A stretch of 64,000 nt of DNA from Deltaproteobacteria bacterium (GTDB lineage Bacteria > JAEEML01), in contig JAEEML010000135.1 in the NCBI GenBank assembly GCA_016283195.1, positions 1,857 to 65,856 on the forward strand, read 5' to 3'. Made by a program: the position numbers and the translations under genes. The notes under the pieces are model-generated. The model ran no database searches. It was given only the letters and a program-made list of their open reading frames with translations, and had not been told where the DNA came from. Shown piece after piece: positions 1-9,444 of the stretch (the stretch's first letter is position 1; each line of letters begins with the position of its first letter).

Positions 1-1476
1 TGCTGAATAGAAGTAACATTTATCGTATGATTTATAAATACCGGCGCGATTATAACCATCCAAAATAGTACCAGGAAACCAAACGCCCTCGGAATTGGCC
101 AGATAAGCATTAAGAAAAACTGAAGGATAGGATGCTCTAAATTCTTTGGCCATTTTTAAAATATTTTTTGTATTATTTAGTCCGCGCTTCCCTAAAAAGG
201 ATATTTTGGCCGGGTCACCATTATTAGGAACGTATGGACGCATTTTATCTGTATATTTCAATACCAAGCTTTGCTCACTCGGTGTTAGAATGTTATAATG
301 ATATGCCCTAGATACACCTTGCAGTAAAATAGTATTTGCTACTAGTGAATTTGGCTTGGCTATTACTGGTCGGCAATACCAATCCAGAAAAGCGGCCATA
401 ATAAAATAAAAGGAAATCATGATAGCACTGGCTGTAAGCGATTTTTTAATATGCTTCTTGCCTGGAAAGAATATTGTTACCCCAGCTAATACAATAAGCA
501 AAACTACCATAAGCAAGCTGGTGTTGTTATTCCTTGCCAAAATCGCCAGATCAAAAATAAAGGGAAATAGCAGCCATTTTGAGGATGTTTGCCAAAATAA
601 GTCTTTGTGTGCCACCATAATATAAAGCAAAAAGATGGCATAATTTAGAAAACCAGCAAACATAATGTCACGAACTGTAGTTGTTACTAGAATATGTATA
701 ACTGGGAAAAGGCTATAATACAGGAAGAGGAAAAAAACAAAATGCTGGTTCAGTTTTTGTCTATAAAACCAGATTAATATTTCGCTGAAGCTCAGAGCCA
801 AAAGGAGCATTTGTAAAATAGTAAAAATGGCTATGCCAACATTATAACTCCCGGTAGCTTCATGGGCTAAATATAAAATTCCATTGATGATAACTGTATG
901 TAATTTAGGAAAATTTTCATTATAGCCATTGGCTAATTGATTAAACTGATCTGTGGCATCGTAATTAAATTTGCCAGGGAAAAAGGCCAAATAAACTGGT
1001 AACCACAAGAGAAATATTAGGGCAAATAGAGCCCAACGATGTGTAAAAAGAGCGACTTCAACATAGCGAATTTTCTCAATAATCTTATGGCTAGACTGAC
1101 TCTTTTCAGTATTTAGCTTTTTTTGAAAAGCAGAAAGAGCATCATATGCGAAACCGATAAGCAAGGAAGCGATATAGCCATATGCTATTATTGAAATCCA
1201 GAGAAAAACATTGGAAAACTCGATAGTAGCAAATGTATCAAGGGCAGAGCCAAAAGCATATAACAGGGCTAAAAAGGTGCCACAGCTAAAGGTGATAATG
1301 ATTTTCCTTTTCTCCCAGACCTGGGCGGAACGTTTATAAAGTATGTAATATATTAAAATAAATAAAAACAAACTGTCGATACTATTGGTGAAAGACATTT
1401 CATCTTTTACGGCAAAAAATGTATTAAATAGCAACAGACAAGCCAGTGTGATGAAAATATTAACGACAGCAATCAT
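1..1476 (-). CDS. Polytopic membrane protein, possibly a GT-C-type glycosyltransferase (5' part only; gene runs off the window start)
   Basis: Hand translation of the minus strand from the ATG at 1476 gives an uninterrupted, highly hydrophobic multi-TM protein (MIAVVNIFITLACLLLFNTFF...) to position 1. It is not in the ORF track because no stop lies inside the window. It overlaps the 3' end of the upstream GT2-GtrA gene by 17 nt, as in GtrAB + GT-C modules. The function is inferred from context only. Confidence 0.45.
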   Translation of the reverse strand, partial: MIAVVNIFITLACLLLFNTFFAVKDEMSFTNSIDSLFLFILIYYILYKRSAQVWEKRKIIITFSCGTFLALLYAFGSALDTFATIEFSNVFLWISIIAYGYIASLLIGFAYDALSAFQKKLNTEKSQSSHKIIEKIRYVEVALFTHRWALFALIFLLWLPVYLAFFPGKFNYDATDQFNQLANGYNENFPKLHTVIINGILYLAHEATGSYNVGIAIFTILQMLLLALSFSEILIWFYRQKLNQHFVFFLFLYYSLFPVIHILVTTTVRDIMFAGFLNYAIFLLYIMVAHKDLFWQTSSKWLLFPFIFDLAILARNNNTSLLMVVLLIVLAGVTIFFPGKKHIKKSLTASAIMISFYFIMAAFLDWYCRPVIAKPNSLVANTILLQGVSRAYHYNILTPSEQSLVLKYTDKMRPYVPNNGDPAKISFLGKRGLNNTKNILKMAKEFRASYPSVFLNAYLANSEGVWFPGTILDGYNRAGIYKSYDKCYFYSA

Positions 1477-2581
1477 TGTTATTACCTTTTGACCGCTTAT
1501 ATATTATACGTCTTTCAATGTAATAATTTAACAAAAATAGAAAGGCATCTATAGGTATTTTAACAAAAAGTTCCTTAGAAGTTTTAACTAAAAGCAGGGC
1601 ATAGGCGACCAGTGAAGCACTGCTGAATCCAGAAATAAGAGCCAGCGCAGTATATTTAACGGCAGCGCGTTTTATATCTTCCCGGCTGTGAAAAGAATAA
1701 TAGTAATTTAATAAGAAGTTATATGTGGCAGATATAATGCGGGCACTGACAGTAGCTACACTGGCATAAATAACACTTTCAAAATGGCCTTGGAACAATC
1801 GACAAAAAACGTGAAACAGAAGCAAATCTAATAGAGCCGATGATAGACTGGCAAAAGCATAACGCATAAATTGCCCAAAAAGGACGCGGTAAATTCTTAT
1901 AGAATCTAAAAGCGGTTTAAAATGTGTGGCGTGATGCTCTTTAGAATCATAAACGGTACTTATTGGTACCTCACAAATAGAAATATCTAAGTTTTTGGCT
2001 TCTATGAGCATATGTGTTTCAAACTCAAAGCGGTCGCCTTTTACCATTAAAAGGTCTTTCATAAATATGGATGGTATAGCTCTTAGGCCAGTTTGCGTGT
2101 CAGAAAGTTTAATACCATATAAAAGGTGGTATAAAAATCTGGTAAGAATATTGCCAAAACGGCTTTTAAAGGGAACAATATTCTTATCAAAAGTACGCAC
2201 TCCCAGAACCATTTTTTGCGGATAACGGCGCAAAGCATCAACTACGGCGGCAATGTCTTTCGCAGTGTGTTGACCATCAGAATCGGCAGTTACACAACCG
2301 ATTGCTTTAGGATATTTATCCAAGATATAACTGAAAGCACTCTTTAAAGCGGCTCCTTTGCCCATATTATGAGCATGCTTTATAATTGTAGCCCCATATT
2401 TTTCCTTCGCCTCATCGAAATAATGGTCATATTCAGGCAGGCTACCATCGTTAATAATAATTATCGGTCCGGCCTTTTGAGTGTTAAGTTCGTGCAGAAG
2501 AGTAAGTAAGCGATTATCAGGCTCCAGTGAAGGTATGACTATAAGCACATCTTCATTATTGTTAATGCCAGATAAATCCAT
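1460..2581 (-). CDS. Family-2 glycosyltransferase (polyprenyl-phosphate sugar transferase type) fused to a C-terminal GtrA-like membrane domain
   Basis: N-terminal VIPSLEPDNRL...IINDGS and a DxD region are typical of the DPM1/GtrB/ArnC-type GT2 fold. The C-terminal ~120 aa are hydrophobic with a GtrA-like pattern (RYAFASLSSALLDLLLFHVF...NYYYSFH). Confidence 0.8.
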   Translation of the reverse strand: MDLSGINNNEDVLIVIPSLEPDNRLLTLLHELNTQKAGPIIIINDGSLPEYDHYFDEAKEKYGATIIKHAHNMGKGAALKSAFSYILDKYPKAIGCVTADSDGQHTAKDIAAVVDALRRYPQKMVLGVRTFDKNIVPFKSRFGNILTRFLYHLLYGIKLSDTQTGLRAIPSIFMKDLLMVKGDRFEFETHMLIEAKNLDISICEVPISTVYDSKEHHATHFKPLLDSIRIYRVLFGQFMRYAFASLSSALLDLLLFHVFCRLFQGHFESVIYASVATVSARIISATYNFLLNYYYSFHSREDIKRAAVKYTALALISGFSSASLVAYALLLVKTSKELFVKIPIDAFLFLLNYYIERRIIYKRSKGNNNDCCR

Positions 2582-2708
2582 GCCAACACCTCATTGTGAT
2601 AATGTATAACTTATGTTCCGATAGCGACTCTTTTGAGTTAAATTATTCCTAAAGTCAGTATCCAACCAAGTTCGTAAATTTCCTAACTACGGCATAAAGG
2701 CACCATCT

Positions 2709-3368
2709 TTAGTTTTTACCAAGTTTTTTCCGCCCCAGAAAATAATCCAAAGCTACGAGCCCATAGGAGAGAGCAATATAAAAAGCGCTGATGAGTAATA
2801 TCCAGAGCAAAACGCCGCCATAGCCATATTTTTCATAATCGAAAAAGAAATAGGGAACTTTGGCTCCGCCGGCAAAACGGCCGCCGCATAGGCCGCTATA
2901 GATAAAGACATATAAGCAGTAGGCATAAGGCACAATGACCCACCAGAAAGGCGAAGTGCGGCTAAGCAGCCCTTTTTTATCAAATAAAAGATAATCAAAA
3001 AACATCATCGCCGGCACAACATAGTGCACGAGGGCATTGCCCAGATAAAAGCGCGGCGAGTGGGGCTCGGCAAAAAGGGCGGAGCTCAGCATAAAATGGA
3101 ATACCAGGCCGGTGAGCAAAATAGCCATCACCACGCCCACTTTTATGGTGGCATATTTGGGCTCCGGCAGGCGGGAATGACCGGCCTCGCGGGCTATTAG
3201 CCAGATGGCGGTTACGAGGCAAAGAATGTTGCTCTGAATAGTGTAATAAGAAAAAACAGCGCTGAGCGCAATCGGTTCTAGGGTGTTAATAATAACGCCG
3301 ACAATAACCGCTAAGGCAATAACTACTCGCCAGGTATTTCTAAAAAAGGCTTTGTGTAAGATGCTCAT
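2709..3368 (-). CDS. Integral membrane protein, function unknown
   Basis: 219 aa with 5-6 predicted TM helices and no recognisable catalytic motif. Its start overlaps the stop of the upstream CorC-like gene (ATGA). Confidence 0.55.
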   Translation of the reverse strand: MSILHKAFFRNTWRVVIALAVIVGVIINTLEPIALSAVFSYYTIQSNILCLVTAIWLIAREAGHSRLPEPKYATIKVGVVMAILLTGLVFHFMLSSALFAEPHSPRFYLGNALVHYVVPAMMFFDYLLFDKKGLLSRTSPFWWVIVPYAYCLYVFIYSGLCGGRFAGGAKVPYFFFDYEKYGYGGVLLWILLISAFYIALSYGLVALDYFLGRKKLGKN

Positions 3369-4663
3369 TTTCCTTTACTTTCCGGCAGGAGCGAAAGCTC
3401 TACCAGCTTTATATGGCGCTCATCGGCCTCTTTAATGATAAATTCCATATTTTTAAGGTTTATTTTGCTGCCGGCTTTGGGAATATGCCCCTGCAAGTAG
3501 GTGAGGTAACCGCCGATGGTCTCATATTGCTCACTCTCCGGCATATTGAGCGAAAGGGCCTCATCGAGGTCGTAAATAGAGGCCTGGCCGTCGATTAAAT
3601 ACTTGTTTTCCGCCGTTTTTCTGAAAGAGCGCTCTTCAATATCGTATTCGTCGTTAATTTCGCCCACTATCTCTTCGATAATATCCTCTAAAGTCACGAC
3701 GCCCACCGTGCCGCCGTATTCATCCACCACAATGGCCATGTGGGTTTTCTTCTTTTGAAAATCCTTTAAAAGCAGGGAGATTTTCATGGTTTCCGGCACA
3801 AAGAAGGTCTTTCGCAGCATAGCTTCTAATTTAAGCGGCTCATTGGGATAAAGGGCTATTTGCTTTAAACAGTCTTTGGCATAGAGCAGGCCAATGATAT
3901 TGTCGATGGAATCTTTATAAGCCGGCAGGCGGCTATGGCCGTCTTTTACCAGCATTTGCAAAACATCGGCGCTCTCGGCCTCAATATCCACGGCCACCAT
4001 GGAAGTTCTGGGTACCATAATCTCTTTAATAGTGGTATCGCGAAACTCCAAAATAGATTGTAACATCTCCTCTTCGTATTCTTTTAAAACACCTTCGCGA
4101 TGAGAGAGCTCAATCAAAAATTCAAAATCCTCGGTGGTCATGAAGGGCGCGGCCCGTTTTAAATCGCCGCCTACCGCGCTGGTGGTTATATTGATGATTT
4201 TTACAAGCACCAGAGTAATAGGCAAAAAGAGGTAATAAAAAAAGGTTAACGGGCGCATGATTTTAAGAGCAAACTTTTCGGCATTGTGTTTGGCAATGGT
4301 TTTTGGGCCGATTTCGCCGAAAATGAGCACTAAAAGAGTCATGCCGCCAACCGCTATAGCCATGCCGCCGTTTTTAAAGAGGCTATAAGCCAAATCGGTG
4401 GCCAGAGCCGAGGCAAAAATATTTACAATGTTATTGCCCACTAAAATAGTAGTGAGCGTGCGATTGGGTTTATCAAGCCAGAGCTTAAGCCTTTTGCCCA
4501 TTTCTTCATCTTTTTCAATAAGATGGCGCAGTTTTACATAAGGCAATGCGGTGAGAGCTGTCTCACTGGCGGAAAAAAAGGCGGATAATATAAGCGAGCC
4601 GAAAATGCCCAAAATCTCGAGCAATATAGTAGTAGTCATTACGACCTCCCGAAGGAGTAGCAT
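3365..4663 (-). CDS. Hemolysin-family (CNNM/CorC-type) membrane protein: DUF21 TM domain, CBS pair and CorC_HlyC C-terminal domain
   Basis: N-terminal 4-TM DUF21-like region, central CBS-pair region ([16 protein letters not shown]...) and a C-terminal transporter-associated domain (GEAVDYE... [10 protein letters not shown]-like), the typical TlyC/CorC architecture. Confidence 0.85.
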   Translation of the reverse strand: MLLLREVVMTTTILLEILGIFGSLILSAFFSASETALTALPYVKLRHLIEKDEEMGKRLKLWLDKPNRTLTTILVGNNIVNIFASALATDLAYSLFKNGGMAIAVGGMTLLVLIFGEIGPKTIAKHNAEKFALKIMRPLTFFYYLFLPITLVLVKIINITTSAVGGDLKRAAPFMTTEDFEFLIELSHREGVLKEYEEEMLQSILEFRDTTIKEIMVPRTSMVAVDIEAESADVLQMLVKDGHSRLPAYKDSIDNIIGLLYAKDCLKQIALYPNEPLKLEAMLRKTFFVPETMKISLLLKDFQKKKTHMAIVVDEYGGTVGVVTLEDIIEEIVGEINDEYDIEERSFRKTAENKYLIDGQASIYDLDEALSLNMPESEQYETIGGYLTYLQGHIPKAGSKINLKNMEFIIKEADERHIKLVELSLLPESKGK

Positions 4664-4695
4664 AAATGGAAGATATAAAAGGGCAAGTTTTAGGC

Positions 4696-5001
4696 TTATT
4701 GCGCCTTTTTATCGGCCGTGAGGTGCGTCATATCAGTGATGGCATCGCTCGAGCTGTCGGATTGGGCGTCATTTTTTAAGATGGGGTATTTGGTCCGCCG
4801 CTCGGCTAAAAAGGCGGCCACTTGTTCCTTGGGATCCACTTTGGGCAGGGGAACTATCATTTTTTGCCGCTCTTTTTGCAATTCCGCTATTTCGCGCTGC
4901 GTTTTATGGCGCATAATCATGAGCACGCCCTGGGCTACCAAAGTAAGCACCAAAAAGGCTGTTAAGAACTTTGAACGCTTAGGCATGGGAGGAATAGCCA
5001 T
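4696..5001 (-). CDS. Small membrane-anchored hypothetical protein
   Basis: 101-aa ORF with a single N-terminal TM helix (FLTAFLVLTLVAQGVLMIM) and a charged C-terminal region. No recognisable motif. Confidence 0.4.
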   Translation of the reverse strand: MAIPPMPKRSKFLTAFLVLTLVAQGVLMIMRHKTQREIAELQKERQKMIVPLPKVDPKEQVAAFLAERRTKYPILKNDAQSDSSSDAITDMTHLTADKKAQ

Positions 5002-5041
5002 TTAATACTCCTAAAGGCCAAGGGCCATAGCCGGGAAAATC

Positions 5042-5668
5042 TTAGAGCGCTTTTACCCACTCGCCGCTGGCGCGATGGGTGAAGCCGATTTTGCGCAAAT
5101 AACCTTCATGAGCCGGATTTTTGGTGCGGGTGATGAGCGTATTTATCCCTTTGGGGCTAAATTGCGGGCACTCGCTGCCAAAAAAGTAAGAACCGATGCG
5201 CACATCGCGGAATTTTGGGGTGACATAATCCAGCACAATTTCTACTGTGCCGTTTTCCAGCTCGTTATAGGCCAAAAGTCCGGCCACTTCATCGTTGCGC
5301 ACATAAAAGAAGGTCTTTTGCGCCTCTTTGTAACGCTCCTCCGGGTCAAAAGCTTTAATATCTTCGGCATGGCGCTCGGTGTACCAGGTATAATAGCCCG
5401 AGCCTTTGGTGGCGGTTACCAAATTAAAGGCTGTAGGAATGCTGCGCAGACGGACAAGCTGAATAATATCAATAATTAATGCGCCAAGATTCATAATGAC
5501 AAGCGGGATGGCGTTTTTCGGCAGGGCATAAATGATGGTGGCAATATCGCCGATGGCATTCATGCGCCAGAGCTGTTTAACATTGGTGCGGGTGAGAGAG
5601 AAAATGACCAGGGCCGAAGCCAAGTAGCCAAAAATCTCCCAACCAAAAGAGTCGGTAAAAGAAAACAT
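5042..5668 (-). CDS. Hypothetical membrane protein with a C-terminal soluble domain (possible acyltransferase-like fold)
   Basis: The start is set at the internal ATG 5668, which has an AGGAGAA RBS 4 nt upstream (the track ORF begins at 5740). The N-terminal ~90 aa has 2-3 TM helices and the C-terminal ~120 aa is soluble (HEGYLRKIGF tail). Function not established. Confidence 0.5.
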   Translation of the reverse strand: MFSFTDSFGWEIFGYLASALVIFSLTRTNVKQLWRMNAIGDIATIIYALPKNAIPLVIMNLGALIIDIIQLVRLRSIPTAFNLVTATKGSGYYTWYTERHAEDIKAFDPEERYKEAQKTFFYVRNDEVAGLLAYNELENGTVEIVLDYVTPKFRDVRIGSYFFGSECPQFSPKGINTLITRTKNPAHEGYLRKIGFTHRASGEWVKAL

Positions 5669-5833
5669 ATATTCTCCTAAGGGGCGTTTTTTACAAGAAT
5701 AAAAGGTAAGCCCGAAAAGCAGGGCGCTTGATGTCGCCAAACTGCTGGCTATGCCATAGCACCAAAGGAAGCAAAATTACAATATAGAATATCGCCTGCG
5801 GTGAGCTGGGAAGTGTTTTTTCCGGGAAAAAGT

Positions 5834-7411
5834 TCAAAGTTTTTGGGCGCTGATAATTTTTACGCTGCCTAGAAGGCCGGAAATGCGCACCTGGGCATCC
5901 ATGGAGCCGCTGGCAAAATGCCAATGGGTGGTATCGGCAATTTCCTGATCCCAAGTGGGATCGACAGCCAGCCAGTTTTCGCCGGTCCAAATTTCGGCCC
6001 AGGCATGCCAGCCGAAGCCGCCGCCCTGCGGCCAGTAAGCCGCGCCCACCGCCTGGCGGGCCGGTATGCCGGCAGCCCTGGCCAGAGCCACATAAAGCGT
6101 GCTGTGTTCAGTGCAATCGCCTTTGCCGATTTTGAGCACATCGAGGGCATTGGCCATGGCCGGCACATAGCTCTTTTTGAGGCTTTTATAAACATAGTGC
6201 AAAATATTCTGGTGAGTTTGCCAATAATCGCCGCCGGCGGTGAGAGAAGCGGCCAACTCTTTGATTTCTTTGGCTGCACTTTGGTACTGCGGCTCATTTA
6301 TCAAATATTTAGCTGCTTCGCCTTCATTCTTCAGCGGCACTTGCGGCAAATTGGCCGGTTTTTCCTGCGGCATAAAGGTAAAAATTATCTTATCGTCACG
6401 GCGCTCGGCCTTTTGCCCGAGACTGGCCGGCGGTAGAGTAAAATCTTCCGGAAAACCGGCGGCTATGAGCCTATAACTGCCACCAAGAATGTCGGCCGGA
6501 GTATCGCCTGGTAATTTAATGGCGCTGGCCACCAAAATGTCACGCGAGGAGGTTGGTTTTTGGGCTTCGGCTTCACTCTCCAGCTTAGCGGTAAAAAAGC
6601 CGCCCACCTGTGTAGAGAGGAGGAGGGCTTCACTATTATATATAGATACCGAAGAGAGGCCGGTGCCCGGAGGATTTATGGTTTTTTCTTCGATTTCATA
6701 AGTTTGCCCCTTGATGCCGTCCACCAGAGTAGCGCTGATTTTTTTTATCAGGCTCTTATTGGTAACCGGTTGCATCAGTGAGGGTTCATAGCGAGAACTT
6801 GTTACACTCTCTTTTTCTCTTTTTTCGCCCGCTAAAATGAGCGCTTCCACTGCCAGATGATTTTTGAGATTTTCCACGCAGGGGAAAGAGGTTTCCTGCT
6901 TTTGATTGCCGGTATAGCTACTGATGTATAAAGTGCCGCTGCGGCAAAAGCCCTCCTGGCGCATTTCCATTTGGTCCGGCGAACTCTGGCTAAAACTTAG
7001 CTGCTTTAACTCTCCGTTTTTTAAAGTGAAAATTTGCGATTCGTTTACCGTGATATCGGTCTTTCGCCCCATGCCTTTGACGCTGGCATACATGGAACTA
7101 TGAAAATGGACTTCACCGGCTTTTATTTCGTTATGTTGCTTCATATAGCCGACTTTTTGCCCTTGCATATAAAGGCCGTACCAAAAAGTTACCTCGCGTT
7201 TTTGGCCGGCGGCGCCAGGCGGAATAAGGGTTGCCAAAAGAGGGGAATATGGACTTTCTTCCTCCGCTATTTGGGGCTCTGAAGCAGCTTTTTCACTAAT
7301 TGGCGGGAGTTTTTTTAGCTCTAAGTTGGAGGTGGCCACCGGCTCCTTGCAAGCCAGAAGGCCCAAAAAGACTGGCAGCGATAACACACTAATATATTTT
7401 AATTTTTTCAT
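5834..7411 (-). CDS. Secreted lipoprotein with a C-terminal transglutaminase-like cysteine protease domain
   Basis: Lipoprotein signal peptide (MKKLKYISVLSLPVFLGLLAC). The C-terminal region GDCTEHSTLYVALARAAGIPAR...GWHAWAEIW...AVDPTW matches the transglutaminase-core Cys-His-Asp triad. Confidence 0.75.
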   Translation of the reverse strand: MKKLKYISVLSLPVFLGLLACKEPVATSNLELKKLPPISEKAASEPQIAEEESPYSPLLATLIPPGAAGQKREVTFWYGLYMQGQKVGYMKQHNEIKAGEVHFHSSMYASVKGMGRKTDITVNESQIFTLKNGELKQLSFSQSSPDQMEMRQEGFCRSGTLYISSYTGNQKQETSFPCVENLKNHLAVEALILAGEKREKESVTSSRYEPSLMQPVTNKSLIKKISATLVDGIKGQTYEIEEKTINPPGTGLSSVSIYNSEALLLSTQVGGFFTAKLESEAEAQKPTSSRDILVASAIKLPGDTPADILGGSYRLIAAGFPEDFTLPPASLGQKAERRDDKIIFTFMPQEKPANLPQVPLKNEGEAAKYLINEPQYQSAAKEIKELAASLTAGGDYWQTHQNILHYVYKSLKKSYVPAMANALDVLKIGKGDCTEHSTLYVALARAAGIPARQAVGAAYWPQGGGFGWHAWAEIWTGENWLAVDPTWDQEIADTTHWHFASGSMDAQVRISGLLGSVKIISAQKL

Positions 7412-7421
7412 AAACTAATCC

Positions 7422-8207
7422 TTAGCGCGTCATAGCCGCTTGCGAAAAGTCTTCCTGGGCCATTTTTACGCTGGTATCGATAGTGAGAATTTCCAAATCG
7501 GTGTGGCTGCCTTTGATTAAATCACTTACTTTGGCTTTCATAATTACCCACTGGCCATCTACTTTTTTTACATTAAAAACCTTGAGTTCCTTTACCTTAG
7601 CGCCGTCATTGCCATAAAATTCCAGCATCATGGGGATAAAGGTTTGCGGGTGGATGAAGGCCACTGTTTTACTATATTGCGCCTCTTTGCCGCTTTGGGG
7701 AACAGCTTCAATCACATAGACATTTTGCCCGGAGAGTTTTTGGTCGGATAGCCTTTTTAAATTGGCTCCTTTTAAGCTATCGGTCTGCATATCGCCGTAA
7801 GTAAAATCTGTGCCCATAAAGCGCTGATTTTTTTGCCCGGCGGTGATGCGTTTTACTTTGCCAAAGGCGGGCAAATATAAAAACTGGCTGTCGTTGCCCT
7901 CTTTGTTTTCGTGCACCAAAAAGGTGGTGCCGGCCACATCGGCAGGCTCCAAAAAGCGGGCCAGAGTGTGGCTCAGGCCGGCTTCGTCCTCATAAGAGCG
8001 GATATTAAGCCGTCTTTTGCGCGCTGTGCCGTTTTTGGCCACCAGATTCATGGTGAGATCCACTTCGGCCTGTTTAAAGCCAAAAAAGTTATGATCGAGG
8101 GCTTTATCGACAATCTCTTTGGCCGAAAGTTCTGCTGCCAAAGCGGCAGGCGCAGTTAGCAAGGAAACTAATAAGAGGCTAAAAACAGCGAAAAATCTTT
8201 TTTTCAT
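7422..8207 (-). CDS. Outer-membrane lipoprotein-sorting (LolA-like, DUF4367/LolA_3-type) periplasmic protein
   Basis: Signal peptide (MKKRFFAVFSLLLVSLLTAPAALA), 261 aa, with residue patterns typical of 'outer membrane lipoprotein-sorting protein' family members (YLPAFGKVKRI...GTDFTYGD). Confidence 0.65.
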   Translation of the reverse strand: MKKRFFAVFSLLLVSLLTAPAALAAELSAKEIVDKALDHNFFGFKQAEVDLTMNLVAKNGTARKRRLNIRSYEDEAGLSHTLARFLEPADVAGTTFLVHENKEGNDSQFLYLPAFGKVKRITAGQKNQRFMGTDFTYGDMQTDSLKGANLKRLSDQKLSGQNVYVIEAVPQSGKEAQYSKTVAFIHPQTFIPMMLEFYGNDGAKVKELKVFNVKKVDGQWVIMKAKVSDLIKGSHTDLEILTIDTSVKMAQEDFSQAAMTR

Positions 8208-8343
8208 CGCGCCCTCCTTAAGGCTTTATTTGCTATAACACTTTGCTACCATTGCCCGCTAGCTAATAGTGCATTTTCTAAACTAACTCTTCTATATTCC
8301 CTAAAACTGTGTTTTAATGCCCTCCGCTTTTGTGAGGTGTACC

Positions 8344-9441
8344 ATGGCAACTGATGCCCGTTCTTGCCCTTGCCCTTCTTGCGGTTCCACTCTCTCTTTT
8401 GCGGCCGGCACGCAAAAGCTCACTTGCGAGCATTGCGGCAATTCTTTTGAACTCGATGTGCTAAACTCTTTGGCCGATAGCGCGGATGCAGCTGAGTTTT
8501 CGTGGGAAAGTTATAAAGAAAACTTTTTGCAAGACCGCGAAAAGCTCTCCCAAAGTGTCATTTATACTTGTGAAACCTGCGGCGGTCATGTGGAGGCGCC
8601 GGCGACAACGGCCGCCATAAAGTGTCCATACTGCGCCAGTAATCTGGTTATTTCCAGTAGCCTTTCCGGCCTTTTAAAGCCCAATGCCGTTATTCCCTTT
8701 AAACTGGTGAGTGCTGAGGTGATAAAAAGGCTCCACGACCATTTTAAAAATAAAATTCTTTTGCCCTCTAATTTTAAAACGCAGCATACTTTAAGCAAAG
8801 TAAACGGCTCTTATGTGCCTTTTTGGCTTTTTGACGCCACCATGGACGGGCCGATAGATTTTAACACCACCAAGGTGCGCCGTTATTCCGATAGTAACTA
8901 TGACTATAAAGAAACAAAATATTATTTGCATCACTTGGAAGGCGATGTCACTTTTAAAAACGTGCCAGTGGACGGCAGCAAAGTCATGCCCAATAATTTA
9001 ATGGACGCCATCGAGCCCTATAATTACAGCGAGCTTAAGCCCTTTGATATGGCTTATCTTTCCGGCTATAACGCGGCCCGCTTTGACGATGACCCGGATG
9101 AAACGCTGCATAGAGCTGCTGAGCGCATGAAAGTCAGCTCCACGGCTGTTTTTCGTAAAGAAGTTGACAAAAAGGGGAGCTTTAATTCGATTACTTGTAC
9201 TAAAAACGGCCTGGCTTTAAAAAAGCCGGCAGTGAGTTACGCTCTTTTGCCGGTTTATCTCATTAATTTAAAATACGAAGGTAAAGATTACCCCTTTGCC
9301 ATAAACGGCCAAACCGGCAAACTGGCCGGCTCTCTGCCCATTAGCAAATTGCGCTACTGGCTGCTTTTTTTAGCTATATTTTCAGTGCTTTCCGCTATTG
9401 GAACTTTTATAACTTATTACATGCTAGAACTTCTGGGCTGA
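8344..9441 (+). CDS. Double zinc-ribbon protein with a C-terminal TM anchor, function unknown
   Basis: Two CxxC...CxxC pairs (CPCPSCGS...CEHCGN; CETCGG...CPYCAS), a ~250-aa soluble domain and a C-terminal TM helix (LRYWLLFLAIFSVLSAIGTFITYY). The start is set at the ATG 8344 with a GAGGTG RBS; the track ORF starts at 8317. Confidence 0.6.
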   Translation: MATDARSCPCPSCGSTLSFAAGTQKLTCEHCGNSFELDVLNSLADSADAAEFSWESYKENFLQDREKLSQSVIYTCETCGGHVEAPATTAAIKCPYCASNLVISSSLSGLLKPNAVIPFKLVSAEVIKRLHDHFKNKILLPSNFKTQHTLSKVNGSYVPFWLFDATMDGPIDFNTTKVRRYSDSNYDYKETKYYLHHLEGDVTFKNVPVDGSKVMPNNLMDAIEPYNYSELKPFDMAYLSGYNAARFDDDPDETLHRAAERMKVSSTAVFRKEVDKKGSFNSITCTKNGLALKKPAVSYALLPVYLINLKYEGKDYPFAINGQTGKLAGSLPISKLRYWLLFLAIFSVLSAIGTFITYYMLELLG

Positions 9442-9444
9442 ATT

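Noticed and set aside
419-625. 68-aa plus-strand ORF
   Set aside because: It lies inside the long uninterrupted minus-strand membrane-protein reading frame (1-1476) and has no RBS or motif.
5869-6781. Several 70-170-aa ORFs on both strands inside the transglutaminase-like lipoprotein gene
   Set aside because: All are embedded in a long, motif-supported CDS (Cys-His-Asp transglutaminase core). They have no RBS context or recognisable motifs.
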